The translations under genes were made by a program, and so were the position numbers. A stretch of DNA of 63,580 nt, the filler included, from Chiloscyllium plagiosum (taxonomy: Eukaryota): the NCBI RefSeq assembly GCF_004010195.1. It is 3 parts of one record of this genome, joined end to end, with 100 filler letters (N's around TTAATTAATTAA, not from the genome) between each part and the next. Parts side by side here need not be neighbours in the genome. Positions count along the whole stretch, not along the records: positions 1 to 30,235 come from NC_057712.1; 2 more parts are not named here. One strand, 5' to 3'. The notes beneath the pieces were generated by a model. It saw only the letters and a program-made list of their open reading frames with translations, was not told the origin of the DNA and searched no databases. Below are positions 12,396 to 26,584 of this stretch, piece after piece (position 1 is the stretch's first letter; each line of letters opens with the position of its first letter).

Positions 12396-13440
12396 CTGTG
12401 CTTCCTAATTGTCATGTACCCTTCAAGATTCAGGTCCCACTCCCTGTAATATTGCAGTCAAGTCTCTCCATGGGCTTTCAGATCAGACTTATTTTTATTT
12501 TCACTCTCAGTTCATCTGTTTCCTTTTAAATGGTATGTGTATTCAGGTACAATATTTTTTAAAATAAATTTTGATGTTACTTATTAGTTTACTCTATCAG
12601 GCTGGTCATGGTTTGTTTATCGTTTCCTATATTGAATAATTCTATTTGGCCTTGACTTTACTCTGCGATTCGCTATATATTTCCAAATTTGATTCCTTGC
12701 CCCATTATTTAGTTTAATGTCCTCTCTACTTCCTTAGTTATATGGATGGTAACAGTTAAAGATACCAGTGAAGAAGCTATGCAAACAGAAGCTGTTGATT
12801 TTTCTCTGCTGCCCACTGTTCCTTGTTCCCTACGGTTTGCTGCCTTGTGAATGCAATTTCCTTTAGCAAACTGAATTCATTGATTTTGAAGTGATTCTGT
12901 ACAGAAGCAAAAAAAAGTCACACAAATGGTGTATATATTGCCAGCTTCAGCAGAATGAAATGTAAAATAACTTCGCAACTGAGAGACAGACAATGTGTGT
13001 AATCTTGTACAGTTCTACAATAGGACAGCTATGAATGACCTTACCAAGATAAATGCTAAAATTAAATAATTAATTTGATCTACTTTGCTGATATAATCCT
13101 TAGTTGGTCAATCCTCATGATTTAGCCTGTCGTGAGATTTTGTCATTGGGGTTCTTTGCTGAGCTGTTGAGAAAGTACCCCTTTAGACTTAATGTGCCAC
13201 ACCACAGTCTCTATCTTTCCTCAGAGAAACTGTTGTAACTCTGGAGTTTCAACAAACTCTTTTTATGCATTATTATACATAATAGTGAACTCTGTATCAC
13301 TTCTATTTAGCAGATTAGTTGATCCTGTGAGCCTTAATAACATTTGGCTGCAGTGTTATATCATGTCATTAACATGTGCATTCTCATTATGCCACAATAA
13401 TAATTTTAAAAATGTCCCAGTTAGTTTCCTTCTGTTTCAG

Positions 13441-13512
13441 ATACATTGAGAAACAAGCAAAATTCAGAATAGCAACAGTACTGCGTGGAACTATTCAGAT
13501 AGCACAGTGGAG
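13441..13512 (+). CDS. Candidate 72-nt phase 2-2 exon of an unidentified transcript
   Basis: Strong acceptor tttccttctgtttcAG, open frame YIEKQAKFRIATVLRGTIQIAQW, donor GAG|GTctgc. Confidence 0.2.
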
Positions 13513-14039
13513 GTCTGCATCAACATTGGACTGACACTTTGATTTGTTTATAGTAATGCAAGGTATTGGAGAGTTGTGGTAAAATCTAGCAGTAGGATAT
13601 AATTGATCGTGATTCTTAGTGTTACCCTGGGCCTTTTTTCCACATCAGCAACCTTTAATTATATATCACTTTTTCTCAGCAGTTCATTAAGACACTCCTG
13701 ACTTTCTGCACCTATTGAATGTTCTGCTTAGTGGTCGACTTCATTCCTGATCCACACTGTGGACATTTATGTTTCTTTGTGTCTTTAGTAAAGCATAAAG
13801 TGTCAATAGAGGAGAAAGTTAGAATGAGCTTTTCTGCACCTTGATCCTTCCTTTTTCACTCAGTGAGTACACTTCACAATTAGATTGGCATACTGAATTG
13901 TATGTACTGCAGTGCTACATCGAGTGCAGGAATTAGATGCTAACATTATTCCAACCATCAGGTTTTCTATTCTGCACTTAAACTAGTAAAACTGGACCTC
14001 GCTATAAGAAAACCCAAGATGTTACCAAAGATAATTGAA

Positions 14040-15240
14040 TAAACATGAGAATTGGAATATCTTGCAGACATTCCCACTCACCAAAGTTTGCTCTGCCATT
14101 CCAATTATTGATTCCTACCTTTACTTGACTTTCCTGCCTTTCCCCCATGTAATTCAATTCCCTTTGAGTACAAAATCTATTCAGTTATGTTTTGAACATT
14201 ACCACTTAAAAGTGGATATATTATTTCCACACATAATATTCCATCAGCTCAGTCTCTTAATTTGTCTGAAATGTTGTGAAGCTTATTTATGTCCTCATTA
14301 CTGCTTACTTTTCCCCCAGCCTTTTATTGAATAGAACATGTATATATTATATCTTGTCCCCTCGTCCTTATGAATAACATAAATTGAAATAGTTGAGGCC
14401 CAAGCACTAATTCTTGTGCTATACCACTAATTACAGGCTGTCATCCCAAATGATCTATTTTTCAAAAGAAATCTGTGAATCACTTTTAATAAAGGCTCAC
14501 ATATTTCTCCAGTTCAATCAACCCTGACCTTCTGCAATAACCTTTTGTATGTCACCTTATCAAAAGTATTTTGAAAATCCAAACAGACAACATCTGCCGG
14601 TGCCCTTGCATCTGCCTCACTAGGTATAGCTTAAAAAAAAACTTTTAGTATATTGGTCAAAACCATTATCATTTGATAAAACTGTGCTGACTCTGTGTAA
14701 TTATATCATGATCCAATTAATTTTAATTATCCAGTGACCACTCCCCTAATACAATAGAGTACAGCAATCTTTTAAATGTTAACCTAACCAATCAACAATT
14801 CTTCGTTTTCTCTCCCACTACCTGTTACAGTCAGAGTGTTATGTTTTAGAGTGGAGTTACAGTTCCCAAATTCCAAATGTACTCCATTTCCAGGCCTTTG
14901 CTCATGCACTTAACCTAACCATATCCCTTTGTAATTTCCTTAGATCCTCTTCACAACTCACTTTCCTAACAATCTTTAAGTTCTCAGCAAATTTAAATGC
15001 TATACCTTTGGTAGTTCATCCAAATTATTTATACAAATTATAAAGAATTGAAGCCGCAGCACCGACTCCTGTAGCACACTACTCACGACCAACTGAAAAA
15101 TATTAATTTATGCCTACTGTTCCCTGTTTACAAGTCAATCTTCTACCCAGGCCAATATGTTACCCCCTACATAATGATCTTTTATTTTCCACACTAACCT
15201 TGGCACCTTGCCAAATGACTCTGGAAATGTTCTGGCACAA
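14040..15240 (-). mobile_element. Old CR1-type LINE fragments
   Basis: Antisense RT motifs (gaggcccaagcactaattcttg, accttatcaaaag..ttgaaaatccaaa); ORF 15135-15410 includes ESFGKVPRLVWKIKDHYVGGNILAWVED. Confidence 0.7.
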
Positions 15241-15512
15241 AGATGATTGACCTGGTAGAAGCACGACCATTTCCCTTTGTACCAGGTAACATACAGCAAG
15301 AAGGCCATGGGTTCAAGTTCTACTCCTGAGATCTCAGCAGCAAAACCCCCATGATTCACTGGTGCAGTCCTGAGAAAGTGCTGCTTTGTTGGAGGTGATG
15401 TCTTTTGCATGTTAAGTCACACAAAGTTCTCTTTGATATATCAGGGTATGGGTGAATGTTGGAAGATCAACTAATGCTATTCCAAAAAAACTGCAGGAGA
15501 GTTTTTTGTGGT

Positions 15513-16058
15513 AACAAACACAGAAATGCTCTCAGAAATTCAGCAGGTATGGCAGCATCTGTGACAATAAAACAGAATCTCTTGGAACTCGAAACGTTGA
15601 TTCTGTTTCTGAGTTCAAGGTACTCTGTCTGTCTGTCTGTCTCTCTCTCTCTCCACAAATGCGGCCAGACATAGTGAGTTTAGAACATAGAACATAGAAC
15701 AATACAGCACAGAACAGGCCCTTCGGCCCACAATGTTGTGCCGAACATTTGTCCTAGCTTAAGCAACCATTCATGTACCTATCCAATTGCCGCTTAAAGG
15801 TCACCAAAGAATCTGACTCTACCCACTCCCACAGGCAGCGCATTCTATGCCCCCAACACTATCTGGGTAAAGAACCCACCCCTGAATCTCCCCTATACCT
15901 TCCACCCTTCACCTTAAATTTATGTCCCCTTGTAACACTCTGTTGTACCCGGGGAAAAAGTTTCTGACTGTCTACTATCTATTCCTCTGATCATCTTATA
16001 AACCTCTATCAATTCACCCCTGCAGTTTCTGCAGCCTTTTGTGTTTGTTTCACATTCA
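15513..16058. mobile_element. PLE family C terminal-repeat hairpin element (split by a CR1)
   Basis: Left arm aacaaacacagaaatgct..ggcagcatctgtg. Right arm tcgaaacgttgattctgtttct..ccacaaatgcggccagac, resuming after the CR1 as ttttgtgtttgtttc. Confidence 0.55.
15682..16020 (-). mobile_element. CR1 3' end
   Basis: (tagaaca)n tail and RGELIEVYKMIRGID motif on the minus strand. Confidence 0.85.
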
Positions 16059-16725
16059 CAGCACATTCTATATATTGCTTTTATTTGAGTTATTCCCAGT
16101 AGCATGGCCAATTTTTGTTACTCAATCAACATCACTGAAAAAACGTATTTACTGGTCATTGTCACACTGTAGCTTGTGGTGTTCAAATTGACTGCTGGTG
16201 TTTCCAAAATACATTGAAAAATACTTATTTAGTTGTGAAGCCTTGAATCATCCTGAAGTCATTAAAGGCACTATATAAATGAAAATCCCTCCTTCACCTC
16301 TTACAGCTTATTTTAGAATCTAGTACCATGTTACTTTCAATTGAATAGAATGGTTAAGAGTTGGAAAACTTGTGTATGAACGCATCTGTTAAGTAGTAGC
16401 TCTCCTGTAAATATACAAAAAGAATGAACTGGCATGATTCAGAAAGCAAGGAGCAGTTAATAAAGAAGAAGAATCCTGAATTAACAACAGTGACCCATAT
16501 TACCGGAAGAAAATAAGAACTTTAATGGAAATAAAGATCTCAACTGTATGGAGAAATTCACCACAATCAAAGCAGCACAAAGAGTGAGCTCAATGTTAAT
16601 GATCAATAATGAAAAACTGATCCGATTCACAGAGCAGTACAGCCCATGAAGCATCACTTCATTTGGAAAGACACACTGAAGTGTTCTGCTCTGAAATGAC
16701 CATTTGAAGTGTGCATAGAAGTGAA

Positions 16726-16965
16726 GGAGAAAGTGAGGACTGCGATTGCCGAAGATCAGAGCTGAAAATGTGTTGCTGGAAAAGCGCAGCAAGTCAGGCA
16801 GCATCCAACGAGCAGGAGAATCGATGTTTCGGGCATGAGCCCTTCTTCAGGAATGAGAAAAGTGTGCCAAGCAGGCTAAGATAAAAGGTAGGGAGGAGGG
16901 ACTTGGGAGAGGAGCGTTGGAAATGCAATAGGTCCCTGACCTGCTGCGCTTTTCCAGCAACACAT
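16726..16965 (-). mobile_element. PLE family B mini-element with hammerhead and short inverted arm
   Basis: TSD catagaagtgaagga at 16714-16728 and 16963-16977; minus strand attcCTGAAGAagggctcatgcccGAAACATC at about 16817-16855. Confidence 0.8.
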
Positions 16966-17569
16966 AGAAGTGAAGGACTAAGTAAGTGAAAAGAAGAAAT
17001 GCAAAATGAAAAACAGTGAATAGTTCTGTTGTGTGGAGTCCAGATTAAAACAATATTCGGCTGTAAAAGTGGACCTCAGTTAATTCAGAGTGATGTCAGG
17101 AAGCACTTCTTCATACAAAAGGTAGAGGAAATCCTCTCCTCTCCACAATAATGCAAAACTATTTCCTAAGAGGCAAACAGAATTGATACCTCTAAAAGAG
17201 GTCTAGATAAATATAGGAGGATTAAAAAAAAAGCATGGAACAGTGGTTTCCAAATTGTGGATCAATACTAAATTGGGTCAAAAGCAGAAGTGCTGGCATT
17301 GCAGGCTCAGAGACAGAAATGGCTGCCACAGATCGCTAACACCTCCCCACACCCCACAGGATTCAGCTCTCACTCTCTTCCCTCTTGAATCCTATCCCCT
17401 CCCCATCTGCCCTCAGCAAGTGGCTGCAACAACTTTCAACCTTCAAAATCAGGTCACACATTTGCAAAGTACTGGTACTGAAGGACACGGTTGTGGGGTT
17501 TGATGAAGAGGACTTGGTAGAGGTTCGTGCAGAGCACAAATAAACTGGCGTGGACTGTTTTTAAGAAAA

Positions 17570-17920
17570 TATCTTTTCTTAAGATGTCAGCGTCACTCAC
17601 TGCCTATTCTTTATTACTCTTAAAAGAAATGGCTAAATAGGCCATTTCAGGGTGCAGTTAAGAGTCAACCATCAACTAAATTGCTATTGGTCTGGAGTCA
17701 CATATAGGATAAATAAGATAACGACAGCACGTTTCGTTCTTTCAAAAGCATTAGTGAGCCAGATGGATTTGTATAACAATCAATGATGTTCTTTTAGTAT
17801 CATAACTGAGACTAGCTTTTAATTCCAAATCTTTATTAATCATTTGAATTTAAACTCCACTAGCTGCCATGTCAGGATTTGAACACATGCCCCAGAGCTT
17901 TAATCTGTGTCTCTGGCTTT
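17570..17920 (-). mobile_element. Second-family tRNA-head SINE
   Basis: Antisense blocks gccatttcag..gttaagagtcaacca..ggtctggagtcacat..cattagtgagccagatgg. Confidence 0.65.
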
Positions 17921-19454
17921 ATCTGACTATTTCACAGTCTCCTCTTTTTCTTAAAACAAAGGGATGACACCACGTTCAGTTGAGTGGTGTATTCCTATGC
18001 TATAAGTACAATGTAGGAATGTCAAGTCTGGACATTAATTGACCATTTTAAAGCTGATGGATTTTTGTCAGTAAAAGGTATTTGTGTTCCAGAATCAACA
18101 TGGTTAATTGACATTCGGATGTTACTCAACTGTGACCTCATGAATGAATTGAATCCTGGAGTTTGCTTAAGGAACTGAATAGCCTCCTCTTATCCTTATG
18201 TTGTGAAGTTTCTGACTCAAAGGTAAGGCAGGGATACCCAGTATGGAAGGGGTCAGGACCGCAAATGAAGTCACAAGCTGTCACTTTGGGGTCATAAGCT
18301 GTGAGTCAGCAACAGTCACCATGGAACTCCTGACTGAATTATAACAGTTCTGTCTCTAACAGGCCCCCATTTTCTCCATTCTTGCTGAGGAATCACAACA
18401 ACTAACAAGCCTCTACATTGTTTGGGAGTAAAAAAAGTTTGGGGAGTAAAGAATTACCAAAATAACTGGTTTTGAATCTTATCCATTATCCCTTCATAGT
18501 ATAACTCTATCAGGCTTTGTTCTCTTGACATCGCTATCACCAGCTAAAATGAAGATCCCAATATAAAGTTGTTAATTGTGCTTTTGAAATAGCTCCAAGT
18601 ATGACATCTTTTGAAATACAACTTGTTCAATAGTTATTGACAAATCATTTTTAAAAATTATATTGCATTGTCATTTTAAAACACCACAGACTGCTATGTT
18701 AAGCTTAGCATAGGCTCTGAAAAGTAAACTCTGCTTTGCTGATACCATTACTCACAGTGTACATTTCCATCAAAATGTAAATTGAGTGTCACTCAGCTAC
18801 ACTGCAATGTAAATAGGTTCCAAGACAAATATTCCCTGAGGTGTGTAGTGTATGTTTGGGAGAGTCAACATGTGTACAGTGAACAGGGAAAGGACAAACA
18901 CAGAATAATGTGGCATTAACTGACATTTGCTGTGTGTCAGAAGGTCATCTGATCTGGCACCCAGTGAAAAGCAGTAATCAAACCTGCCGACCTTATCCTT
19001 CAATTTTAGTTTGAAGCAAGGCATGTTATTCTTCATCACAGATCCGAATCAAAAGTCTGGATGCCCACTTTTGGGAGGAGACTGAAGAGGTGAGGATGGG
19101 GAGAGGGGGCTTGAGCTATTTGATTGCTTCATGTCAGATTATCAAAAATCTTTTCAACCATATCACATCATGCTGTCAAAGCACAATGACATTGAACAAC
19201 TTGGGTGCCAGCTGTAACCGATGGCAGCAATCTTGCCATTCTTCAGGGGGTCAGGCAATTGACAATTCATTGGCAGAAATGCCATGAGGGCCTCATGGTC
19301 GATATGTAAGCCACAGACCTATCAAAGTATTAGAGACAAAGAAAAAACGTTGTCTATTGTTACTAGAAATATGCATTTTGGTCTTCAGATACTTTTACAC
19401 AGAAAACTAGTTCCCGATGGACTAAATCAAAGGAACATAAACTTTATGGTGTAA

Positions 19455-20870
19455 GGAAGTTATTTGATGAAGCAGCTGAAGATAGGTGGACCTGGGGCAT
19501 GACTCTGCTCTGAGGAAATGTAACAGTGATGCCCTAGACACCCATTGCCTCCAGTTTTGTTAGGGCTTCTGATGTCAGACTTGTCAGATGTCAGATGTCA
19601 GATGTCAGATGATCAAGAGTCATTTGCTGAGTTGGATTTGTCCTGTTTTTGTGTGTACAGAACATATCTGGGCAATTTTCCACATTGTCAGGTAGATGCT
19701 AACATTGAAGCTGTACTGAAAAGTTTCTCTAGGAGTATGGTATGCTTTCAAACAGAAGTCTTTATACTACTATCAGAATGTTGTCAGGCCCTACAGACAT
19801 TGCAGTATCCAGTGCGTCCAATCATTTCTTGGTAACATGTAGAGTGAATTGATTTGACTGAATACTGACATCTATGATGCTGTGGACATCTGGACAAGGC
19901 TGAGATGAGAGTTGAGAGTGTGGTGCTGGAAAAGCACAGCAGGTCAGGCAGCATCCAAGGAGCAGGGGAATCGACGTTTCGGGCAAAAGCCCTCCACTTT
20001 TGCAAGGCTGAGATGGATCGTACACTCGGCACTTATGGCTAAACGTTATTGCAAACGCTTAATTCAGCCTTATCTTTTGCTCTGATGTGCTGAATAGCCC
20101 CATTATCAAGGATGGGATATTTGTGAAATGCCCTCCTCCAGTGAGTTGTTAAATTGCTCATCACTGTTCAAGACTTCATGCGGAAAGACTGCAGAGCTTA
20201 GATCTGATTGATTGTTTTGTGGGATTGCTTAGCACTCACTTCTTTTGCTGTTTGGAATGAAAGTAGCCCTGTTTTGTAGATTCACTCAGATTGACAACTA
20301 ACTTTTAGATATGTCTGGTTCTGCTGCTGACATGCCCTCTTGTGCACTCCATTGGACTGGGGCTGATTCCTTGGCTTGATGGTAATGGCGGAGTAGGGGA
20401 TATGCTGGGCTATGAGGTTAAATTTTGTGTTGGAATTCAATTCTGCTGATAATCCAAAGCACCTCATAGACACTCATTTTGAATTGATACATCTGTTCAA
20501 AGTCTGGAACACATTTATCACAGTGATAGTGCCACACAACATAATATAAGGTATTCTCAATGTGAAGGCAGAACATCATCTCCACAAGAACTGTGCAATG
20601 GTCATTACCAATATTGTAAGAGCAAATACATCTGCAGCCAGCAGGTTAGCAAGGATGGGATCAAATGTGTTTTTCCCCTCTTATTGGTTCCCTCATCACC
20701 TGCTGGAGACAGAGTCCAACAGCAATGTCCTTTAGAGCTCGACTGTCTGCTGCAGAGCCACTGACGATAGTGGACATTAAAGATGCCAGAATACGTGATG
20801 GACCCTTGTCACCCTCAGTGCAACCTCAGTCCAAATGGAGGAACACTGATTTATTTTATTTTTTTTTCCA
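19455..20870 (-). mobile_element. Second CR1-group LINE lineage, decayed EN/RT fragments
   Basis: Antisense homology to 54980-55990 and 57720-58130 (e.g. tgatgaagcagctgaagat, gatgggatatttgtg). Confidence 0.7.
19908..20002 (-). mobile_element. PLE family B mini-insertion truncated within the hammerhead
   Basis: 13-bp TSD caaggctgagatg at 19895-19907 and 20003-20015. Confidence 0.75.
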
Positions 20871-21336
20871 CAGGACGTGGGTGTCACAGGCTCAGCCAGA
20901 ATTTATTTCTCATCATTAATTCTCCAGAGGGTAGTTGTGATCAACCAAATTGCTATGGGTTTGGAGTAATATACAAGCCAGACCGGATAAAAACAGCTGA
21001 TTTCCTATCTTATCTTGTTTAGAAGACCAGTCTTGTTTCTATGAGATTTCATCCCTGCTGCTTTCTTAACAATTCTGCCTTTAGCCCTTGCTTCACTCAC
21101 TCTCTTAACATACAATCCAATCCCCTTACCCATGCATGAGAACTAATGACCTCCCTACTCACATCTAATAGCTCTTCTTCATTAATTTCTATACCAAAAC
21201 ATGCTCTACCAACCCCCATGGTTTCTTATTGTCTCTATTCAAGTTTAGAGCCAAATACCACCCACCTCAATACTTTTTGCTTTATACATCTGTGCAAATC
21301 TTCCAGGATCAACAATAGACAGACTTCAGAATACAT

Positions 21337-21541
21337 TGTCAAAAACTGTGGTGCTGGGAAAGCACAGCAGGTCAGGCAGCATCCAAGGTGCAGAAGAGTT
21401 GATGTTTCAGGCATGTTTTAGAGTTGATGTTGGAGTTTATATCATCAAGATTGTGATCATGATGCTGCCTGACCTACTGGGCTTTTCCAGTGCCACAGTT
21501 TTCGACTGACTCTCCAACATCCGCAGTCCTCACTTTCTCCT
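21337..21541. mobile_element. PLE family B hairpin mini-element (decayed)
   Basis: Inverted arms; imperfect TSD agact(t/g)cagaat(a/t)cat at 21321-21336 and 21542-21557. Confidence 0.7.
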
Positions 21542-22409
21542 AGACTGCAGAATTCATGCCCGGTTAGAATGGAATAAAATTTAAATGGCGATTAGAGACT
21601 TCACGATATTAAAAGAAACGACATTCTCATTTATGGAAAAGCTCGTTCAAGAGATCTAAATCCTCTCAGACAGATAATCCATCATAAATTTATGAATAAC
21701 CCAGAAGTCAACAACAGCTAATCCTTTAATAACCTTGATGAGCAGTCAAACTGTGAAGTTAAAAGAGCCCCATTATAATAGCTCTTCAGTTAATGTCCAC
21801 AAAAGTTGAATATAGCAAGAACAAACTTTTCAAATCAGACACAAACACACTTTTCCTCATTTTTAAAAGACACTTAAAATTCTTGAAGGATTGCCAATTC
21901 TACAGAATTTACCAGCTGTACTCAGATTTATAAATCTTAGAGAAGTTATAAAAGTGAAACTGGAGTTTGTTTGAACTCAGCATCAAGTTAAAGTGAACCA
22001 GCTGACATGGATTTTAGGGACTCATGTCCTATCTCCAGTACAGATCTGAAATAGAGGTGGGACTTTTGGACCCGGATCTTGCCCACCATTTTTTAAAGTC
22101 ACAAGGGTCAAAATTATAATAAAACAATCCAGGCCTGACACTCAGTCTATGAGAGTAAGGCCAGCTGGCCCCTTCTTTGAGATTAGATGTTAACAATTGC
22201 ATCTGACTTTGAACAACTTTCAAATTGAGATTTATTTTTTCTTCATAACAATTAGGACACAAGGTTTTTCTCCAAGCAGATTTTGTAAGAATATTTCTTC
22301 ATCCACTCTATCCAATTCTATTATATCTTGAATTATATAAGGTGGTTAAAAATGTAGCCATTGTATAAATCCAGCATTCATAATATGACTTAAAATACTT
22401 GTTATCCAG

Positions 22410-22525
22410 AGGGCGGTGCTCAAAACATCGATTCTCCTGCTCTCGGATGCTGCCTAATCTGCTGTGCTTTTCCAGTGCCACACTCTCAGCTTTAACCTCC
22501 AGCATCTGCGGTCCTCACTTTCGCC
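22410..22525 (+). mobile_element. PLE family B mini-insertion (decayed)
   Basis: Terminal repeat sequence flanked by duplicated ttaaaatactt. Confidence 0.7.
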
Positions 22526-24171
22526 GAGTTAAAATACTTATTGTAGATTGACAAGACAACAAACTATGATATGTGAGATTTTACAGAATTTTAATTTATT
22601 GATTAAGCACCTTGTAAATAACTTCATTTTATCACTTTTATATTTTAGCTTCTTTTATTATATTTTAACTTATATTATCATAATACATGGAAATAAATTT
22701 GATCTTATGACTATTGAATATGTCAGGCATACAGATCCTTGAACTATCATCAGAGATACAAAGGCTTTCTTCTCACTTCCTTTTGATAGAGCTTTGTCAT
22801 CTAATCGCTCTGTAGTTGGTGTTGGTGTGAAGAAGTTTCAGCTAGGTGGACTATTATTTGGGTGTGGAATAGCCCAAATTAAATTTAGACTAATGGCCTG
22901 TAAACATTTGGAATCATGCAATTTTGCCACAAAAGTACCAAGCCTGCATTCCAAAAAATGTTCATTGATCAGTTGAGACTGAGTAATGCCATCAGTATCA
23001 TTACATACTGTTTAGTAGCACTAACAGTTTCAAATACCATTTCGTCATGACAAAGGTTTGTAAACAAGGTACCTTCCATTGATTACTGAACAACATCTTG
23101 TGAGAGCTTCATATTATATCCTCAACAAAGTATAACAAATTAAAATGATTTTAACTTTGCATGAGAATGAGCAGTGCAGGGATGATAACTAAATCAATCT
23201 TGGCCTTGCAATGTATCAAAACCTCAGTCATGTCATTATTGTTTGAAATGTTGCATTTAAAAATACATTTAAAATGCCTTTCTCAAATATTTTCATTATT
23301 TATAATGACATTGGAGCTTTGTTCTTGCTGTACCCTGACCAGCTTTTGAATGCTAAACACAGTTGCTGAAAATATAACTTATATGAGCCACCTCTACATT
23401 GCTCTAAACTGATTCTAGTTACAAATATGCAGTGTAACAAAGACATTAATGAGCTTGTAAAGATGTAAAGATTGCAATAGCATCTTCAAATTATAACCGC
23501 TTATATCCTATCATAAACTTTTAAGATTTCCTTTATATCATCTTGAAATTTCTGGTTAAAAGACCATTTAGCCAATCAATTTATGTTAATATTGAACATA
23601 AACAGTAGTTTTAATCATTGGGCTGAGCTTTGTTTCAATACCCCTCTATTCTCCCTTTAATCTGTTCTCAAACATAACTTCTGCTTCAATAATTTATTCT
23701 GGTAGTGCATTCCATTACCTCAAGCAATGTTGGGTTCTCTGCCCCAACTCACCAATTTGATCTCTAATCAATGTGTGCTCATTATATCCCCCTCAATCAA
23801 TGTAAGTACTTTTCCTATTTACACTCTTCCTTAATTACATTCAACATATTTATCTAATACCTCCATAATCTCTCTGCTTCTAATAAAATAGTCCCCACTT
23901 TTTAAAAAACAAAGTGACTAATACTGTGAGGCAATCTACCATTATTCATTGGAATTGTAGGATTACTAATTTGCTTATCTTTAGATTTATGGTAATAACC
24001 TCTCTGCCTGTTGAGAGACACCAAACAGAAAAACTGACGCCAGGACATAACCATTTATAATGCAGGTATCAAAAAGCAACAGATCTACATAATACCCACA
24101 TGATAGTTTAAAATGCAGGTTATTAGATCATGTCGCTGTTGGAAAGCCCGGTATCACGAAAGTGATTTTAC

Positions 24172-24206
24172 CTTGTTGTCTTTGTGACATCCTTCTCTTC
24201 AACTTT
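24172..24206 (-). CDS. Candidate 35-nt exon of an unidentified gene (KVEEKDVTKTT or KLKRRMSQRQQ)
   Basis: ttgacatttgatcAG|purine-rich exon..CAAG|GTaaaa in a repeat-poor AT-rich region. Confidence 0.25.
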
Positions 24207-26584
24207 CTGATCAAATGTCAAGGATTAGTACAACAAAAACATAGGTTCTGTATTGAAAGATAACACTATATATCAACAATGTTAACTAGAATACTCAGTA
24301 TACACATCTGACTCCCAACATCTACTGCTGTGACTGAATGCAAATCATGTGGTGAATACATCACGTCCTGTTGAGCTAGAACTGATTGACAGCAGTTTAA
24401 GCTATTCCCCCTTAAAGATTCATGCATATAATATTGCTAATGTCTTCTTAGTGTTTCTCCAGAGAACTCCACAGTTTAGGGGGTTAGTATTTTAGGGTCT
24501 CCTCTGGCCGCCTTTTTTGATTTTTAAAAGAAGTCAAAGCAATCCGGTAGCTTGGAGAAATTACAAAAAATTGCAACAATGACAGCAAAGGATCATCAAT
24601 TGTACTTATTAGATAGACAGCCTGTGCACTCCTTCCCTCCAAAACGACATCTGCAGTAGGAAGCAATAAAGTGAGCACATAAAATTAATAGTATACAAAC
24701 TGGGCCATTTTGTTTACTTGTTCACTGCTGGCATTCCTTCTCCCTATGAGTCTTCATCTACCCCTCTACTTTTAAACATCTCAACTTCCTTGCTTAACTT
24801 TTTCATCACAAGCTAATATTAACAAGTGAGTCCAAATCTATTCTTGCTAATGCTGATCTTGTTTGCATATTAGAAAATAAATGGTTAAAATGGAAGGACA
24901 AAGATGACATTTATTCTGTGTGCATTTCACTGATGTTCATCATTTATATAATTATCTCAGTCTCAGTAAATAATGAAATTTACACTATTTTTAGCTTGAG
25001 CTGTGGTCTCAGCTGTTTTTATTTTTGCTCTATGTAAAATTATCATTTATTGCTTCAACTTAATGCTGTCCATCACAGTTAAATAGGTTGCAAATTAATA
25101 TGCTTAATCAAAAGATCCTCATTTATTGAAAATGAATTATTAATTTACTTCAGAAGCAAATATCTAGGATATTGAATGATGACTGCTTGGGGCAAGATCT
25201 TTATGCTTTCCAAATGTAGTGTTGCATCAAATGTGAGTAAAAGCTGGAGGTTCCAGAGATATGCTGCAACACAGATGGTGTTTTGAACTGCTTTCATCAT
25301 CTGAAGTGGTGTAAAAGGAATTTTCAAGATTTATTTTTTCCTTTAAGGCCCTTGGTATTTGCTTCTTCCAAATGGTTATGGGGCTGGTGGGATTGATGAT
25401 GAAAAAGTATCTTATCCTTATGGTCTAGTGACTATGTGTGTAGGACAAGCTTGATGGAACAACCAATCATTTTCATTATCTCAAGGGGGATACCCTGGAA
25501 TTCCATGGGATGCCTGGTGCTGGCGCCACTTTACAAGGCCATTGTGTACCTGGTCAAGCTCTGTCAAACCAGAGCTGCCCTGCCACATAAGCGGCTGGCA
25601 CATAGTTCAAGCGTGAGATTGACATGCTATATGGCACACATCCTCCCCTTTGACTGATTACTCCCAACAACCATGACAAGAATCCAGGCTTTGGGTCTGT
25701 ATCAAAAGACAAACCAAGATATAAGTATTGCCCACTTATTATCACTGGCAGATGAAGTACCAAAAGTGAAGGCAAAACAAGCATTTTGTGAACATCAAGG
25801 AATGCACTAAAGGAGAGAGTGTTAAGAGACAGTATAAGTAGTCATGAGCATGGTCCCGCCACAGGTGGGCACACTGTATGTGGATCAATGATGTGCCATA
25901 ATTGTGCTGAGAGGCTGTTATGATCCAGACATCAGTGTCTGTTGATGTGGGATGCATGTGGTCACAAACCAAAGTGTGTGCCCTGAGCCATTAGTACTGA
26001 ATTCCCAAGATGGAGGTTCACAAGAAAAAGTGACATTCATGTCAGGAATTCTCAGCATCTAATTTCTACCAGACAGGTAGTATAATAAAAGATCGTATAT
26101 TAAGATACAAGATTAATTAATGATGAGGCTGATAATGAGTGATATTCTTCATTAATATTGACCTTATCACTCACAGGCTCAATTTTTGGAACCGAGTCGG
26201 AAAATGTGACTTGTTGCTTCTGATATTGGAAGGACCTCGATCACATGATTGTGCCAAATTTTCCTCCATCAATCATGTAGTTCAGTGCCTGGAAATATTC
26301 CACCTGGAGTGCTCCTTTTTATTTATTGTGATTTTTATTAAGTAATCAGAAGTTACTGTTCCTTTGCTCTGTTTTTTTTCAATGTCCATTTGTTTCTGAG
26401 GACAACATTAAGAGGAGTTACTCAAACTATGAATGACATTCCTTAATTGACACAGAAATGATGCAGTAAAAATTGATCCACCTCTACCAAAACAGAGTTC
26501 TGAATCAATGTTGCCTTCATTGAGCATTTCAGGATATCTCATTATAATTATATGGTTCATTGGTCTTGTTCATTGTGCAAAATA

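Larger units (their letters stand above)
15290..16285 (+). mobile_element. DeuSINE-type SINE interrupted by nested insertions
   Basis: gggttcaagttc head, tggccaat..caacatcactgaaa..ctggtcattgtcaca Deu-like core and aaggcactatataaatg tail. Confidence 0.65.

Noticed and set aside
19570..19611. (tgtcaga)n 7-bp repeat
   Set aside because: Short slippage repeat inside a decayed LINE; no sign of function.
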